Assembly: GCA_951406725.2 (NCBI GenBank)
Contig: OX597819.1
Location: forward strand, 77,438,001-77,502,000
Direction of reading: 5' to 3'
DNA from: Octopus vulgaris
Lineage: Eukaryota
DNA: 64,000 bases
The position numbers and the translations under genes were made by a program. This document shows positions 40,830 through 54,289 of the stretch, piece after piece (the first letter of the stretch is position 1; each line of letters begins with the position of its first letter). The notes beneath the pieces are model-generated. The model did no database searches. It saw only the letters and a program-made list of their open reading frames with translations, and was not told the origin of the DNA.

Positions 40830-41231
40830 TATATTTATATACAAATGAATAGCAATTTTTACAAGAAAAATATTTATTACCACTGTTTATGATTCTTTCT
40901 CTTTCCCTGTGTGTGTATGTTTGTAACATTCCTTTACTCATTGCTTGCCACCAAGCCTAATATTGTGCACTCGTTCTGCACACCTCTTGTACTAGTTCTC
41001 TCTGTGTCTTTTATTTTGTCTCCCTCTCTATACGGTGTAGAACGTGACTGGAGAAATTAACCGACTTTTGTAACGGCTTTTATCATATAAATTGTAAAGG
41101 AGAGAAGGATAGCGACCGCGATACGTTGTCAACATTTTCATGGAAAGTGGGATGATGAAGGGAGGAAGACTTGGTCCCAATTCTTGCAGTATCGGAAACT
41201 CCGCGAAACACGTCAAGGACAATGTAACGGG

Positions 41232-41586
41232 ATTAAACTGGACCACAGATTTAAATTACTAAATTAAACCCTTCGTTTCCTATGGTGCTCGACCATCGAC
41301 TACTTTCCACCGTTGTTTTCGACTCTGTGTTGTCCTGTTGACCTCTTGCAAGTCCTGTTAGTTTTGAATTATCAGCGACGCTTCTGTGATATTGCCCTTT
41401 TCTTTCTAACAAGCTGGGGGGGTTGGCCCAATGCAAACCCATTTTTACCTCTCGGTAGGTGTGGTTTATATTAGTCTAGCTCCTGTTCTTTGACCAATCT
41501 ACTATGGGAGAGCTTGCAAGGAGCTTGCACTCCGCTGGCGTAGCTCTCAGGTCATTGATAGATACAAGCCACCGTACTACATCAAG
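41232..41586 (-). mobile_element. Non-autonomous bipartite RTE-derived element
   Basis: Minus strand begins cttgatgtagtacggtggcttgtatctatcaatgacctgagagctacgccagcgg (RTE 5' UTR-like) and ends gaagggtttaatttag (RTE 3'-like). Confidence 0.55.
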
Positions 41587-41894
41587 TCAACCAAATTTTT
41601 AAGAATCGCGAATGCAAAGATCATGAACTAATACTGCTATAAAAATTCTTCCATTCCACTGTTCTGGGCTGGTACTTTATTTCACCAACCACGAAAATAT
41701 GCAGGGCTACGTTGATCTCGCGAAATTGTAACGATATCATACAAAGTATCCTTACTTGTATTTTCTAAAACAATACGGTGCTATTTGAGAGACACTGTTT
41801 TTTATTTCTAGTCGATCAGATGACTATAGAAAGGCTCCATCATACGTTTATGAACATTAGCGATCTTGTGGAGAGCTAATTTTATTCCATTCAA

Positions 41895-42102
41895 AATGTG
41901 ACCGCGTGTGTACCGTTGGCGATTTTTTTCCCTCTGTCTTCCCTTCTCTGGATCTTTCCTTCTCCTAGTTTCCGACGAAGAGCTCCGCTCGAAACGTTGA
42001 ACCCTCCTTCTTTCCTTCTTTCCTGAGCGTCCAATAATACTATATTTGTTCCACGTCCTCGCGTTGTTGTGTTTTTTTGTGCTTTCTTGTTTGGATTAAC
42101 TT
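41895..42102 (+). mobile_element. Penelope-like terminal repeat (type 1) with hammerhead-like motif at 41968-42002
   Basis: GUUU-CCGACGA-A-GAGC-UCC-GCUC-GAAA-C-GUU-GAAC; related to 14272-14490. Confidence 0.75.
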
Positions 42103-42380
42103 TAATTTTAAGTTGGATTAGGATTCAAAATTTAAGATGAAGAGGCTAAAAAGAAAGCATTAAAGCATTTATTCAATGTCTTGAATCCTGCAATTCTGCC
42201 ATGAGTCTTTATCGTGGGGGTGTTTTTTGTTAAATGCATAGAGGTGGCAACCGGTCCAGTGCGTTGGGAGAAGGTGAACCCGCAGGATTGTTGGTTGAAA
42301 AGCAACGACATATTATTCTCCTAAATCAGAATATCACGTAACTCACTGAGCTTATAGCCGCACGTGCACACACACACACG

Positions 42381-42417
<37 letters not shown>

Positions 42418-42553
42418 GCACGCACGCACGCACACACACGCACACCACCACCATCCACCCATATATGAATGTGTATAAGAGAGTGTGTATGTGTGTGCAT
42501 GTGTGCATGTGTATGAATATATATATATATTCACACTCACTCACGCATGTATG

Positions 42554-42599
<46 letters not shown>

Positions 42600-42629
42600 T
42601 GTATGTATGTGTATATATATATACATATA

Positions 42630-42677
<48 letters not shown>

Positions 42678-42791
42678 ATGTATATATATATATACACACA
42701 CACATAATATACGTATATCAATTCATGTGATATATATTTATACAAACACACACACTAAAATATCTATATCTATGTGTGTGTAGATAGATAT

Positions 42792-42872
<81 letters not shown>

Positions 42873-43327
42873 GTGTGCGTATATGCACACATTATTTGTA
42901 TGAATATAAATGCAGATATATATTTGTATGTGCGTATGTATGAATATACGTTTGTGTGTGTGTATGTGCTTGTGTGTGTGTGTGTGTGTGTGTATAATAT
43001 CCTAATTTGTAACCAAATAACACTATAAATATTCATTGTCTATTGTCACTGTCTTTACATTTAAAAATATATATAAATCCTTTTAACAAACAATATTATT
43101 CAGGTAAGCGTTTTCTATACTTTATGTGGCACAGAAGCATTAAACGTAGTTTAATGCTGGGTATTAGATACCCTGATCTGTCTTTAGGAGTTATCTTCGA
43201 GCCACCCTTAAGATTGTTTGGTTGAGCGGGTACAAGAAATTAAAGAGATATGATAAATGTTTGTGTGAAAGGAAGCGTCTAATACTTGAGAAATAGGAAA
43301 TAACACGCAATATTGTTAAACAGATAT

Positions 43328-43655
43328 AAGGCGGCAAGCTGGCAGAATCGTTAGCACATCGGGCCAAAATGTTTAGCGGCATTTTGTCCGTCTTTACGTT
43401 CTGAGTTCGAATTCCGCCGAGATTGCTTTGACTTTTCATATTTTCAGAGACGATTAGTTGAGTACAGTAGTTGATGTAATAGACTCGCCCCTCCTCGAAA
43501 ATCCTGGTTATGTAGCCAAATTTGAAATCAATATTATTGAGCACATTGTAAGGCGGCAAGCTGGTAGAGTCGTTAGCTGGGCGGGTTAAAATGTTTAGGG
43601 CATCCCGTCTGTCTTTACGTTCTGAGATCGAATTCCGCCAAGGTCGACTTTTCCT
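43328..43655 (+). mobile_element. Tandem SINE family B copies (43328-43535 and 43550-43655)
   Basis: Both start taaggcggcaagctgg. Confidence 0.85.
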
Positions 43656-43826
43656 TTTCTGAATCGTATGCCTAACGACTTTTTTTTTTTTTTTTTTTCA
43701 GTAGTGCGGCCCGGCCACTTTGATGATGATCACTCATGCGATCCTCTTCTCGAAAAAAAAGGTTGCCGATGCCTTGTTTATATCGAACCTCAGGACCTAA
43801 CTTGTTCTTGTTTTTATCGATTCCAG

Positions 43827-43918
43827 AGGGATGAGAGGCGTACAATGCAAAGGGACTGCGTTTCTCTTCGCTCTCGCTGTCGCTTTCCCTATCTTACAAT
43901 CCATCGCTATCTGTGCGA
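43827..43918 (+). other. Candidate first coding exon encoding a signal peptide, MRGVQCKGTAFLFALAVAFPILQSIAICA
   Basis: Branch-like CCTAAC, pyrimidine tract and CAG at 43824-43826; ATG at 43831; hydrophobic core; phase-1 donor GTATGA at 43919. Confidence 0.35.
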
Positions 43919-44016
43919 GTATGACTCTTAACTTTGCCTTTTCACCTGAAGAGATGACTGTCAAACACAGACTGAAAGAAATTAAGCCCTTGCACGCACG
44001 CACATGCACACAGACA

Positions 44017-44050
<34 letters not shown>

Positions 44051-44711
44051 TGCACACACATACACACACACGCACACACACACACACACACATACACACA
44101 CATACACACAGACACACTCACACACAGACATTCACACACACAGACATTCACACACACTCACACACACTATCTCTTTTTCAAACACACACTTTCTCACACA
44201 CACTCACACACTCACACATACATACACACTTTCTCTCTTTCTCAAACTTACGCAGACACTCACACACATACTATCGCACACATACATATTAACATATATG
44301 TACGCTGTCTCACGCGTACACACAAACACACGCACACACACACATACACCAAAAAATATTAACTGAATTTCCTTCCCGCCCTTTTATTCATGGGAAAACA
44401 AAACAGAATCTGCGATATGATTCTTCGCCATGGTGCTGCATAAATTTTTAAAGTTTTAAACTATCTTCATTTTATTATCCATCCATAACAATTTGTCCCC
44501 TTTTCCATCCTTAGAGGACCCAGGCACCCATTAAGTGAAGTCTTCCTCTTCCTAAGAGAAAATTCTAAGCTAAGCTGTCTTAGCTTATATTTATGTTTTT
44601 GAAAACGTATAAAAGAAAAACTAGCTAACAATCTGAAGACAAGTATGGAAGTTTACGATAAACTTATGAAAAAGCTTTGGACAGGCAAAGGTTGAAGAAG
44701 TTCGCTATTAT

Positions 44712-45025
<314 letters not shown>

Positions 45026-45153
45026 TGTGTGAGAGAGAGTGTGAGAGAGAGAGAGAGAGAGAGAGAAAGAAAGGACAAATTTCAGAAGTCAGTGTTCTTA
45101 ATCGCTCAATATATTTCACAGCATCGGAATACTTCACGTCATACATAGATGCA

Positions 45154-45258
<105 letters not shown>

Positions 45259-45559
45259 ATAAAAATATATCAATACATAAGTATGCAAACACATATAGAT
45301 TATAAATGTACTTGCATGAGTTCTTATGAAGTTGTATATCCGTAGTAGAAAGCAATGAGGATATTAAAAGATGCACATGGTAAGTGATAAGCGGTAATCA
45401 AAATAGATGAAATGATGGTATAAGACGGTTTTAAGAAGTCTGACGGCCGTTTCGAGAATATGTAGGCTGAGATGGGCGAATAATTTCCATCCATAACAAT
45501 TATTCGTGTTATGAACATATTCGTAGTTTAACAGGCCTAGTATTGCAGGAGCCTGGCTA

Positions 45560-47950
45560 TAAGCAGCCGTCTGGGCCAGGCAATTTGATGGTGTTGTCCA
45601 GGCTGAGTACATCAAAGTCTGTTTTCACTGGTAAGTATATATACCCAGAAATATAAAAAGATATTTGATCAATAAATAGGATCTGCTTAGACTTCCAAAA
45701 CCACCTTGAGTTGGCGATCGAGAGGTTCTACTATGCCGTTAGCTATTGAACGGTAAACTGTAGCACACTTTTTAAATGCAACCTTGCAATCGTGTCTGTT
45801 CTGCGAATAAGTCGGATTCGAACTTCAGCCCCCAATCACTTGTAATAGTAGATGGTGTGCCGTATAATAGAAATAGAGTGCCAAAAAAAAGTGGGGGCCA
45901 TCTGGTGTACCTGTCGATACTGATAAACAAGTAACTATCAATGTGAAGTGGGAAGTGGTCCCACAGGGTCGACATATATGTGTTTAAAACTTGAAACAAA
46001 GATGTCTAAAGATGCATTGAGGTGGTTTTCTTCCTGGTATGTAATACAGTGTTTGGCCCACTTCCGAACACTTTATACAAGTCGAATTGATATGTGCGAT
46101 GTGTAGAGATGGAACTCGGGTATTACAAACGATCGAACTCATTGAAAACATTCCAAAGTAGCTTTTCAGATACAAACATGGTATCCATGATCAGTGATAA
46201 CATCACATCAAACATGTCAAGCTAGAGACAAAAGAGACACTTGCTGGAATATCATAGAGGTAACGACTTGTGTTGACAGGGGAAATGTTCATCAATCTGG
46301 TCAGCTGCTATCTCATCCAAATTGATAAAGGCAGAAATGTGCAATGCATTGTGAATCTGGTACTGCATTTTCAATACCTTTCACTGTGTTTAATATCAGT
46401 TGTTTACTGTGAGAGGTAGTTGAGGTGAGAAATCTCAGATGGGGAATATTGGTCACATCTAGACTTCAGAGCGTGCATTATGGGATATCATATGTTGAAA
46501 TGGTAGAAATTACGACCCTTATGCTAAGGTTAACTGCAAGCAATTCCCCCAAAAACCTACCTTGGTTTCTAGTCGTTGCAAATGTTTAGAAAAGAAAAAG
46601 AGTGGTTGTCATACCAGTTAAGGAAAAACACCCTCCACTCAAATGTCCGATGCGTTTACTAACATATACAGTCGTAAGTCTGCTATGGGATGAAACAGGA
46701 ATAGTTTCAATAAACTTCTTACTTTTTATGAAAGACTTGAGGTTGAATCGTCGTTTCCTTTTCTTTCTATTCCTGGTCATGATAGTGAGCGATAGGCTGA
46801 GACCAGCCCAATTAGGAATATCTGTATGGCATTAAAAGACCAAAAGACAATTATACGAACCATTAGGGACCAAATTACGTTGTAATTGCAGCTTTATGAT
46901 TTTTTTCCGATTCCAACAGACTCTAACTATATGCCTTGAGTAGATCTTCGAGAAAACCTGCACACCATTTATGAACAAAAATCCTGTAAAGAGTGTCGGG
47001 TAATGTCTGGAAAGCTGTTGGCGTTGAGTGCATGATAATCACCAAAAGAACACCAGACACATTGTGTCCTTCGGGTGAAGACCAGTCGCTCTTTGAGGGA
47101 TATATTATTCCTGGTTCGAGTATATGATCGAACTCAAGCATAAAAATCATTAACTGATTTGTAACAATGCAACGAGGTTTAGCTGGTATTGGTGGTCCTC
47201 GTGTCTCGATTTTAAAGTTAAAACTGCATGCGTTATTATTCCGTCATTGTACATTGTAAATTTAACATCTTAGTACTGACAAGGCAGCGAGCTGGCAGAA
47301 ACGTTAGCACGCCGAGTGAAATGCTTAGCGGTATATCGTCTGTCTTTACGTTCTGAGTTCAAATCCCGCCGAGGTTGACTTTGCCTTTCATCCTTTCGGG
47401 GTCGACAAATTAAGTACCACTTGCGTACTGGGGTCGATCTAATCGACTGGCCCCTTCCCCAAAATTTCAGGCCTTGTGCCTAGAATAGAAAAGAATATCT
47501 GAGTGCTGACAAAAGAAAGTGTCATATTTTGTTGAAGTTGTTCCCATTAATATCGAGTTCACTTTAGGTATACATATAGTGACTCTTCGTACAGTAAGGT
47601 TTTTCAGAGCTTAACATTTCCTCAAGGACCGAAATGGCTGAAGAAATACGCTCTACTGAGGTGGGCAGGCATCTCTGCGATGATGAATAGGCATTTGAAG
47701 ATCCACCACAATCCCAAATTAAGTATAATGATCTCACGCCGTAAAAGGTAATGGTGGCTCGAAGTAACACGGAATTGCGTTTACTCCTTTTGCACACATT
47801 AGTGAGTGACATGATATTCACTTTTGCTCTAGTATTTACGAGGAAGTGTGTGCCCGTCTTTTGGTTAATCACATAAAATGAACGACTGGTCGAAGCAGGA
47901 CTTATCAGAGTTGTCATCACTAATCTCTGGATGCCCATTTTGTTTGAATG
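45560..47950 (-). mobile_element. Highly degenerate Ty3/Gypsy pol (protease, RT, integrase)
   Basis: Order on the minus strand: THFLVNTRAKV (protease-like), LEPGIIYPSKSDWSSP (RT start), YLFISIDRYTRWP..YGTPSTITSDWGLKFES (integrase). No LTRs identified. Confidence 0.8.
47281..47496 (+). mobile_element. SINE family B nested in the Gypsy relic
   Basis: Full copy with imperfect target-site duplication atcttagtactgaca / atctgagtgctgaca. Confidence 0.9.
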
Positions 47951-48423
47951 ACGATCTCACTATCCTATATGAACAAGGGCTGAATCAACAAATATCATGT
48001 GATACCAGCAGCGTAATCTCCCAAGTGTGAAAACCGGACGTTGAGATACGTTTCAAGTTATGGTCTCTACCATGAGCGTCGATCCTTTCTCTATCATAGG
48101 GATGATTACTTGCCTTGTTTTGTGGTTTCTGTCATACCTGATGAAGTTCTGTTATGAATGTACGCACCTGGAATGTTATGGCAGGTATTCGATCGCTAAG
48201 AGATATCTTTGTCTATGGTATAAAAAGTGGAGTTAGTATCATAAAAGAATACTGTGGGAAGAAGTGAAAACTAGGTGAACTCATGACAGAAGAATACAAA
48301 TAAATTAAGGGACATTATTCATTTTTACTTCATACTATTAAATCTAAAGACAAGCCCATTCGTTTCGACAAACTAATTTCATAAGTACAGTCTTACATTT
48401 AAAGGAATATTACGTAAACCGTT

Positions 48424-48640
48424 AAGGTGGCGAGCTGGCAGAATCGTTAGCACGCTGGGCAAAATGCTTAGCGGCATTTCGTTTGTCTTTAAGTTCTGAA
48501 TTCAAATTCTACTGGGGTTGACTTTGCCTTTCATCTTTTCAGGGTCGATAAAATAAGTACCAGTTGAACACTGGGGTCGATGTAATCGACTCACCCACTT
48601 CTCTGAAATTGGTGGCCTTGTGCCAAAATTTGAAACCAAT
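48424..48640 (+). mobile_element. SINE family B
   Basis: aaggtggcgagctggcagaatcgttagc..gactttgcctttcatc. Confidence 0.88.
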
Positions 48641-48976
48641 ATTATGTCAGCAGTTTAGAAAGGAAAATTAAAATTAATTAAACAAAATTGTTTAATTAGC
48701 TAAATAGGAGAGTTAATTACAGTTAGGATCATCCTTTCTACTTCGATAAGCTAAAATACCAGTCAAGTACTAGCACTAATGGTAACAACTAACCACACTC
48801 GACAAAACCATTATATAAGCATAAGGCCAGAAATTTTATGTGTAGAAAGTCAATCGATTATATTGATCCCAGTATTTCATTGAACTGAGAGGATATAAGG
48901 CAAAGTCGACCTCGTCGGGGTTTGAACGCAGTACATAAAGAGATATAACTAAATACTGCATATCATTTTTCTCTGT

Positions 48977-49262
48977 GGAAGCACATAGCCTCGTGTTTAG
49001 AGCAGCAAAGGATCGTGGGTTCGAATCTCAGACGGGCCGTATGTGTGTTTATGAGCGGAACACCTAAGCTCCACGCAGTTCCGGCAGAAGGTAATGGCGA
49101 ACTTCCGCTGACTTTGTCGCCACAACTTTCTCTCACTCTTTCCTCTTGCATCTAACAGCTCACCTGCGACGGATCGACGTCCTATGCAGGTTGGGAACCT
49201 ATATGCCAATGAAACCGGGAAATCGGCCCTTATGAGCCAAGCATGACTCGAGAAGGAACAAC
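48977..49262 (+). mobile_element. SINE family D (tRNA head)
   Basis: A-box-like tagcctcgtg, B box gggttcgaatctc; single copy in the window. Confidence 0.65.
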
Positions 49263-49599
49263 GTTTTTCTCTGCTACTCTACCAAACATATTTCTCAACA
49301 TTCTGATTCCAATTCCTTCAGAAGTTGAGTTTATTATTAAATGTATCAGTAGGAACACCAGTAATGTACTAGGCTGCATCCGGTTGTGAGGCCTTGGTTC
49401 GAGAGTCCCAGAGGTTTGAAGAGTGTGAAACCAGCTCTTAGCCACAATTGCTCGCAGCTCTACTCTGACTCGGAGTAGTAGCACTTGGCAGGTTCCCAGC
49501 TAAAGGTTAACTTGCATATCACGGAAGAAAGTCAGTCACAGACACACCCAATGGACCCAGGAGAGGGAAGGTCATTTAGCTCTTTAGCTACTCATCTGT

Positions 49600-49903
49600 C
49601 ACCCCGTCGGTTACGATGACAAGGGCTCCAGTTGATCCGATCAACGGAACAGCCTGCTCGTGAAATTAACGCGCAAGTGGCTGAGCACTCTACAAACATG
49701 TGTATCAGGGAGATTCAGCGTGACACAGAGTGTGACAAGGCTGGCCCTTAGAAATACAAGTACTACTCATTTTTGGCAGCTGAGTGGACTGGACCAGCAT
49801 GAAATAAAGTGTCTTGCTCAAGGACACAACACGTCGCCGGGAATCGAACTCATGACATTATGATCGTAAGCCGAATACCCTGACCACTAAGCCACGTGCC
49901 TTC
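49600..49903 (-). mobile_element. SINE family C, full length (3' fragment also at 39828-39935)
   Basis: Minus strand tggcttagtggtcagg..gagttcgattccc tRNA head, then gtgtccttgagcaagacacttt. Confidence 0.85.
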
Positions 49904-50440
49904 ACAGCTACTCATCTAGGAGGAGGTAATCTCATGCAAATCCTATATCCTGATAACTACCAGGCTCATTGCCCTTATTGCACCAGGCAAAAAAAAATTT
50001 GTAGCTTGAGAGAGTGAAACTAGCTCTATGCAAACCATGCCCATCATCATAATATTCATGGGGCTGGTTTTCAGCAAGCCAACACATCAACACCAACACC
50101 ATCGTACTTTCTTCATAAATCCAGTGTTGAGAGTACAGGATACTATCAGAAGTCTTCAGTTTTGACCCTGCACCCAGGTGGGTATAGGGTGATTATCATT
50201 TTTCTGTGTTGCTGCAAGCGTTGCTATCCCAACAGAAAGGGCCTGTAGGTATCCTATTAGGTTCCCTGCCCATATCACTAACAATTCCATTTTGTATATC
50301 TGGATTTCATGGGGGTTTTTTTCTGAAACGATTGAAAGTAAAATCAAACTCCATGTGATTTGAACTTAGAGTCAAAGCAAATACCGTGAAGTATTCTACC
50401 CAACATTCTAACAACTTTGATGATCCGTCTTACCCACACT

Positions 50441-50495
<55 letters not shown>

Positions 50496-50958
50496 TGGAT
50501 TCGCACCTGCGCTTTATAGGTACGAAACCAATGATTACTCTATGACAGGCCATAACCATTAACTGTCGAAAATATATATATGTGTGTGTGACGACTCCAG
50601 CCATGCTAGAGCACCGCCGCCTTTAGTCGAACAAATCGACCCCCACGACTTGCTGCCATACTGAAATACCGGTTTGAAGGGTTTTTTCTTAAATTTGGCA
50701 CTTATTTTATCGGTCTTTTCTATCGGTCGAACCGCTAGTTTACGGGGCTCTAGCATGGCTGCAATCAAAGACTGAAACAAATAAAAGAATATATAAACAG
50801 TAAAGCCAGTCGCACCAGAGTGATAACCAGCCAACAAAGAGGCCATCGGTCACTGTAAACAAAGTGGCCATCGGTCACTGATTTGCAACAATCAAACTAG
50901 CTACAATAATCTTATTAATCAATAATCTTATTGATAGAGTTACAACTCTATAAATAAA

Positions 50959-51190
50959 AGATAGAGTTGTAACGTATATTAAACAGTAAAACCAGTGGCC
51001 ACATCAAAGTGGATGTGGAATGTTACAACTAGTTTAACCCCAGGCAGATTGTCAATCAGCTGGTTATCGGTGCAACACTGAAGATAAACCAAACAGAGAA
51101 TCTACCTGGGGTTAAACTGGTAGTAACATTCAACAACCACTTTGCTGCGGCGACTGGCTTTATTGTTTAGTATACGTTGCTACTCTATCT
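50959..51190. mobile_element. Fold-back MITE with ~90 bp imperfect arms
   Basis: agatagagttgtaacgtata..gtttaaccccaggcagatt / aatctacctggggttaaac..tatacgttgctactctatct. Confidence 0.75.
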
Positions 51191-51225
51191 CTGCGCTTGA
51201 GATTTTATAACTAGCTATTTTGCTT

Positions 51226-51371
<146 letters not shown>

Positions 51372-51419
51372 TATGTACGTACATATGTATTTGCGCGCGT
51401 CTATGCGTGTGCGCGTATG

Positions 51420-51472
51420 TGCGTGCGTGCTTACGTGCAAACGTGCGTGCGTGCATGCGTGCGTGCGTGCAA

Positions 51473-51506
<34 letters not shown>

Positions 51507-52086
51507 AAGCGTGCGTGCGGTCAAGCGTGCGTGCTTGCAAGCGTGCGTGCGTGCGTGCGTGCAAGCGTGCGTGCGTGCGTGCGTGCAAACGTGCGTGCGT
51601 GCAAACGTGCGTGCGTGCAAGCGTGCGTGCGTGCGTGCAAGCGTGCGTGCGTGCGTGCAAGCGTGCGTGCGTGCGTGCAATGCGTGCGTACGTGCAAGCG
51701 TGCGTGCGTGCGTGCAAGCGTGCGTGCGTGCAAGCGTGCGTGCGTGCGTGCAAGCGTGCGTGCGTGCGTGCAATCGTGCGTGCGTGCGTGCAAGCGTGCG
51801 TGCGTGCAAGCGTGCGTGCGTGCGTGCGTGCAAGCGTGCGTGCAAGCGTGCGTGCGTGCGTGCGTGCAAGCCTGCATGCTTGCAAGCGTGCGTGCTTGCA
51901 AGCGTGCGTGCGTGCGTGCGTGCGTGTAAGCGTGCGTGCGTGCGTGTAAGCGTGCGTGCGTGCAAGCGTGCGTGCAAGCGTGCGTGCGTGCGTACAAGCG
52001 TGCGTGCGTGCGTGCAAGCGTGCGTGCGTGCAAGCGTGCGTGCGTGCAAGCGTGCGTGCGTGCAAGCGTGCGTGCGTGCGTGCGTG
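51420..52086. repeat. (GCGT)n array punctuated by GCAA variant units
   Basis: Directly visible. Confidence 0.95.
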
Positions 52087-52102
52087 CTGTGTTTGTGTGT
52101 GC

Positions 52103-52159
<57 letters not shown>

Positions 52160-52167
52160 TGTGTGTA

Positions 52168-52499
52168 TCTTTTTACCCTGTACTTGTTTCAATCATCGGA
52201 CTGCGGTCATGCTGAAATACTGCTTTGGAGGGTTTATTCTTTGGTACTTATTCTATCGGTCTCTTCTGCCGAACCGCTAGTTTACGGGGACGGAAACAAA
52301 CTAACGCCAATCGTTAGGTGGTGAAGAGGCAAACACAAACACGCGATGGACTTTCACACAGCTTCCGTCTACCAAATTCACTGTCTATGCGTTGGTTGAC
52401 TCTGGGCGATAAGAGAAAACACTTACCCAAGGTGCTACACTATGGGACTGAACCTAAAACCACAGGACTACAAAGTGTGCTTCTTAACTACGCAGCCAT
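52168..52499 (-). mobile_element. SINE family A, diverged
   Basis: Reverse complement of the neighbouring copy. Confidence 0.82.
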
Positions 52500-52710
52500 A
52501 TTTAAATTTGATTACATGCATGCGAACTGCTTTTGTTCCTACACATAAACACACGCACGTATGTATGTATGCATTTATGTAAGTAGGAAGGTTGGTAGGT
52601 AGCAAGATAAATAGATGTGTGCGCGCTCGCGTCTGTGAGTCTGTGTGCGTTTCGGAGATTTCTGGGGTTTTTAACCCATTTGTTTCATATGAAAGATGGG
52701 AGACTTGCAC

Positions 52711-52873
52711 AGGCGCAGGAGTGGCTGTGTGGTAAGTAGCTTGTTTACTAACCACATGGTTCCGGCTTCAGTCCCACTGCGTGGCACCTTGGGCAAGTGT
52801 CTTCTGCTAATAGCCTCGGGCCGACCAAAGCCTTGTGAGTGGATTTGGTAGACGGAAACTGAAAGAAGCCCGT

Positions 52874-52919
<46 letters not shown>

Positions 52920-53135
52920 TGTATGTGTCTGTGTTTGTCCCCCTAGCATTGCTTGACAACCGATGCTGGTGTGTTTATGTCGCCGTTACTTAGCGGTTCG
53001 GCAAAAGAGACCGATAGAATAAGCACTGGGCTTACAAAAGATTAAGTCCCAGGGTCGAGTTGCTCGATTAAAGGCGGTGCTCCAGCATGGCCGCAGTCAA
53101 ATGACTGAAACAAGTAAAAGAATAAAAGAAAAAAG
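52711..53135 (+). mobile_element. SINE family A, full-length reference copy (tRNA head, CORE-like box, internal (TA)n, AAAAG tail)
   Basis: ggcgcaggagtggctgtgtggtaag..gcaccttgggcaagtgtctt..gactgaaacaagtaaaagaataaaag. Confidence 0.93.
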
Positions 53136-53289
53136 AAAATACCAAATACAGGAGAGAATTATATTATAATGTTGGCTGGAAATACCCCCAAAATAAAGGG
53201 AAATAACTGCCATGTAAATAAAATATAGCATGCTGGAGTTATTTCCCTTGCATTTGAATACGTGTAAGGCTCAAAACACAATATCTTAC

Positions 53290-53558
53290 GTTAACGAATT
53301 TGTGTTGCATGATTTCTGATGATAAATCGTGTATTGAAACAGATATTTTTATATTTAGGGCTGGTCATTTTTTTTTTCTTGCCAAATAAACACAAGTAGT
53401 TGTTTATTACTGTTCTTATTTCATGTCGACGAAAAGTTTCCTGAGAATGGACATAAAATATGAACGGTAATAAACAAGTGAAGGACGAATATATAGTGCG
53501 TATGTTAATTTGGCAAGAAAAAAATGACCGTCCCGAAATATAACAATAACAATATCTT
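53290..53558. mobile_element. Fold-back repeat with nested inverted repeats (related copy at about 35235-35560)
   Basis: ggtcattttttt..cttgccaaat / atttggcaagaaaaaaatgacc, with inner ttgtttattactgttc / gaacggtaataaacaa. Confidence 0.65.
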
Positions 53559-54052
53559 ACTTTCATTCAAATTCGTCGAACGTGTCTTTTACTAGAAAGT
53601 AAAATGCGGGTTCAGAATCATAGTATATTCTTAAGTATTGATCCTGGAAAAGTACAGAACAAGCAGTAACAGAATGAAAAAATACGAGCACAGAATGCGA
53701 GTGCTATAATATTCGTATGTACTGGAACTGCAAAATACAGAACATGAAGAAGAAAACTAAAAACATTGTTGCTAAAGTTAGAATTTTAAAAACTAAAATA
53801 GTAATATTATGCCCTTTAATATTCTTTAATTTTACTTAAATGCTTAAATTCAAATATTCAAGGACCTATTTATTTTCACTTTTAGTGAAAATACTAATCA
53901 AATTCCCTCATACAGCAAATGAGCTAACAAGCAGGGTAAAAGCATATACATATGCAGGATTCAGTCAAATAAGAAACATGTGGAAAAGGTACAAAATCAT
54001 GGTAATGCTCCGTCATGACCGCAACCACATGGCTAAAACGAAGAAAAGGAAC

Positions 54053-54127
<75 letters not shown>

Positions 54128-54289
54128 GTTGAGTCCTTTCCTCAACACTACCACCGCTCCTCGAATCACTGAGAATTTTTTTCATTATGCTGTCAGTTAC
54201 AGTAAACGTTTGCTAAGAGATATTCAAACACGTTTGACATGTAAAAGTAAAGCTCGAAGGGCAAACCATCCAAACTTAACAATTTTTCC

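Noticed and set aside
48130-48190. CTGATGAAG as another hammerhead
   Set aside because: No GAAA core strand or stem II at a suitable distance.
49835-49903. tRNA gene (also 25120-25181 and 48977-49035)
   Set aside because: These are tRNA-derived SINE heads continuous with SINE bodies; no complete cloverleaf was evident.
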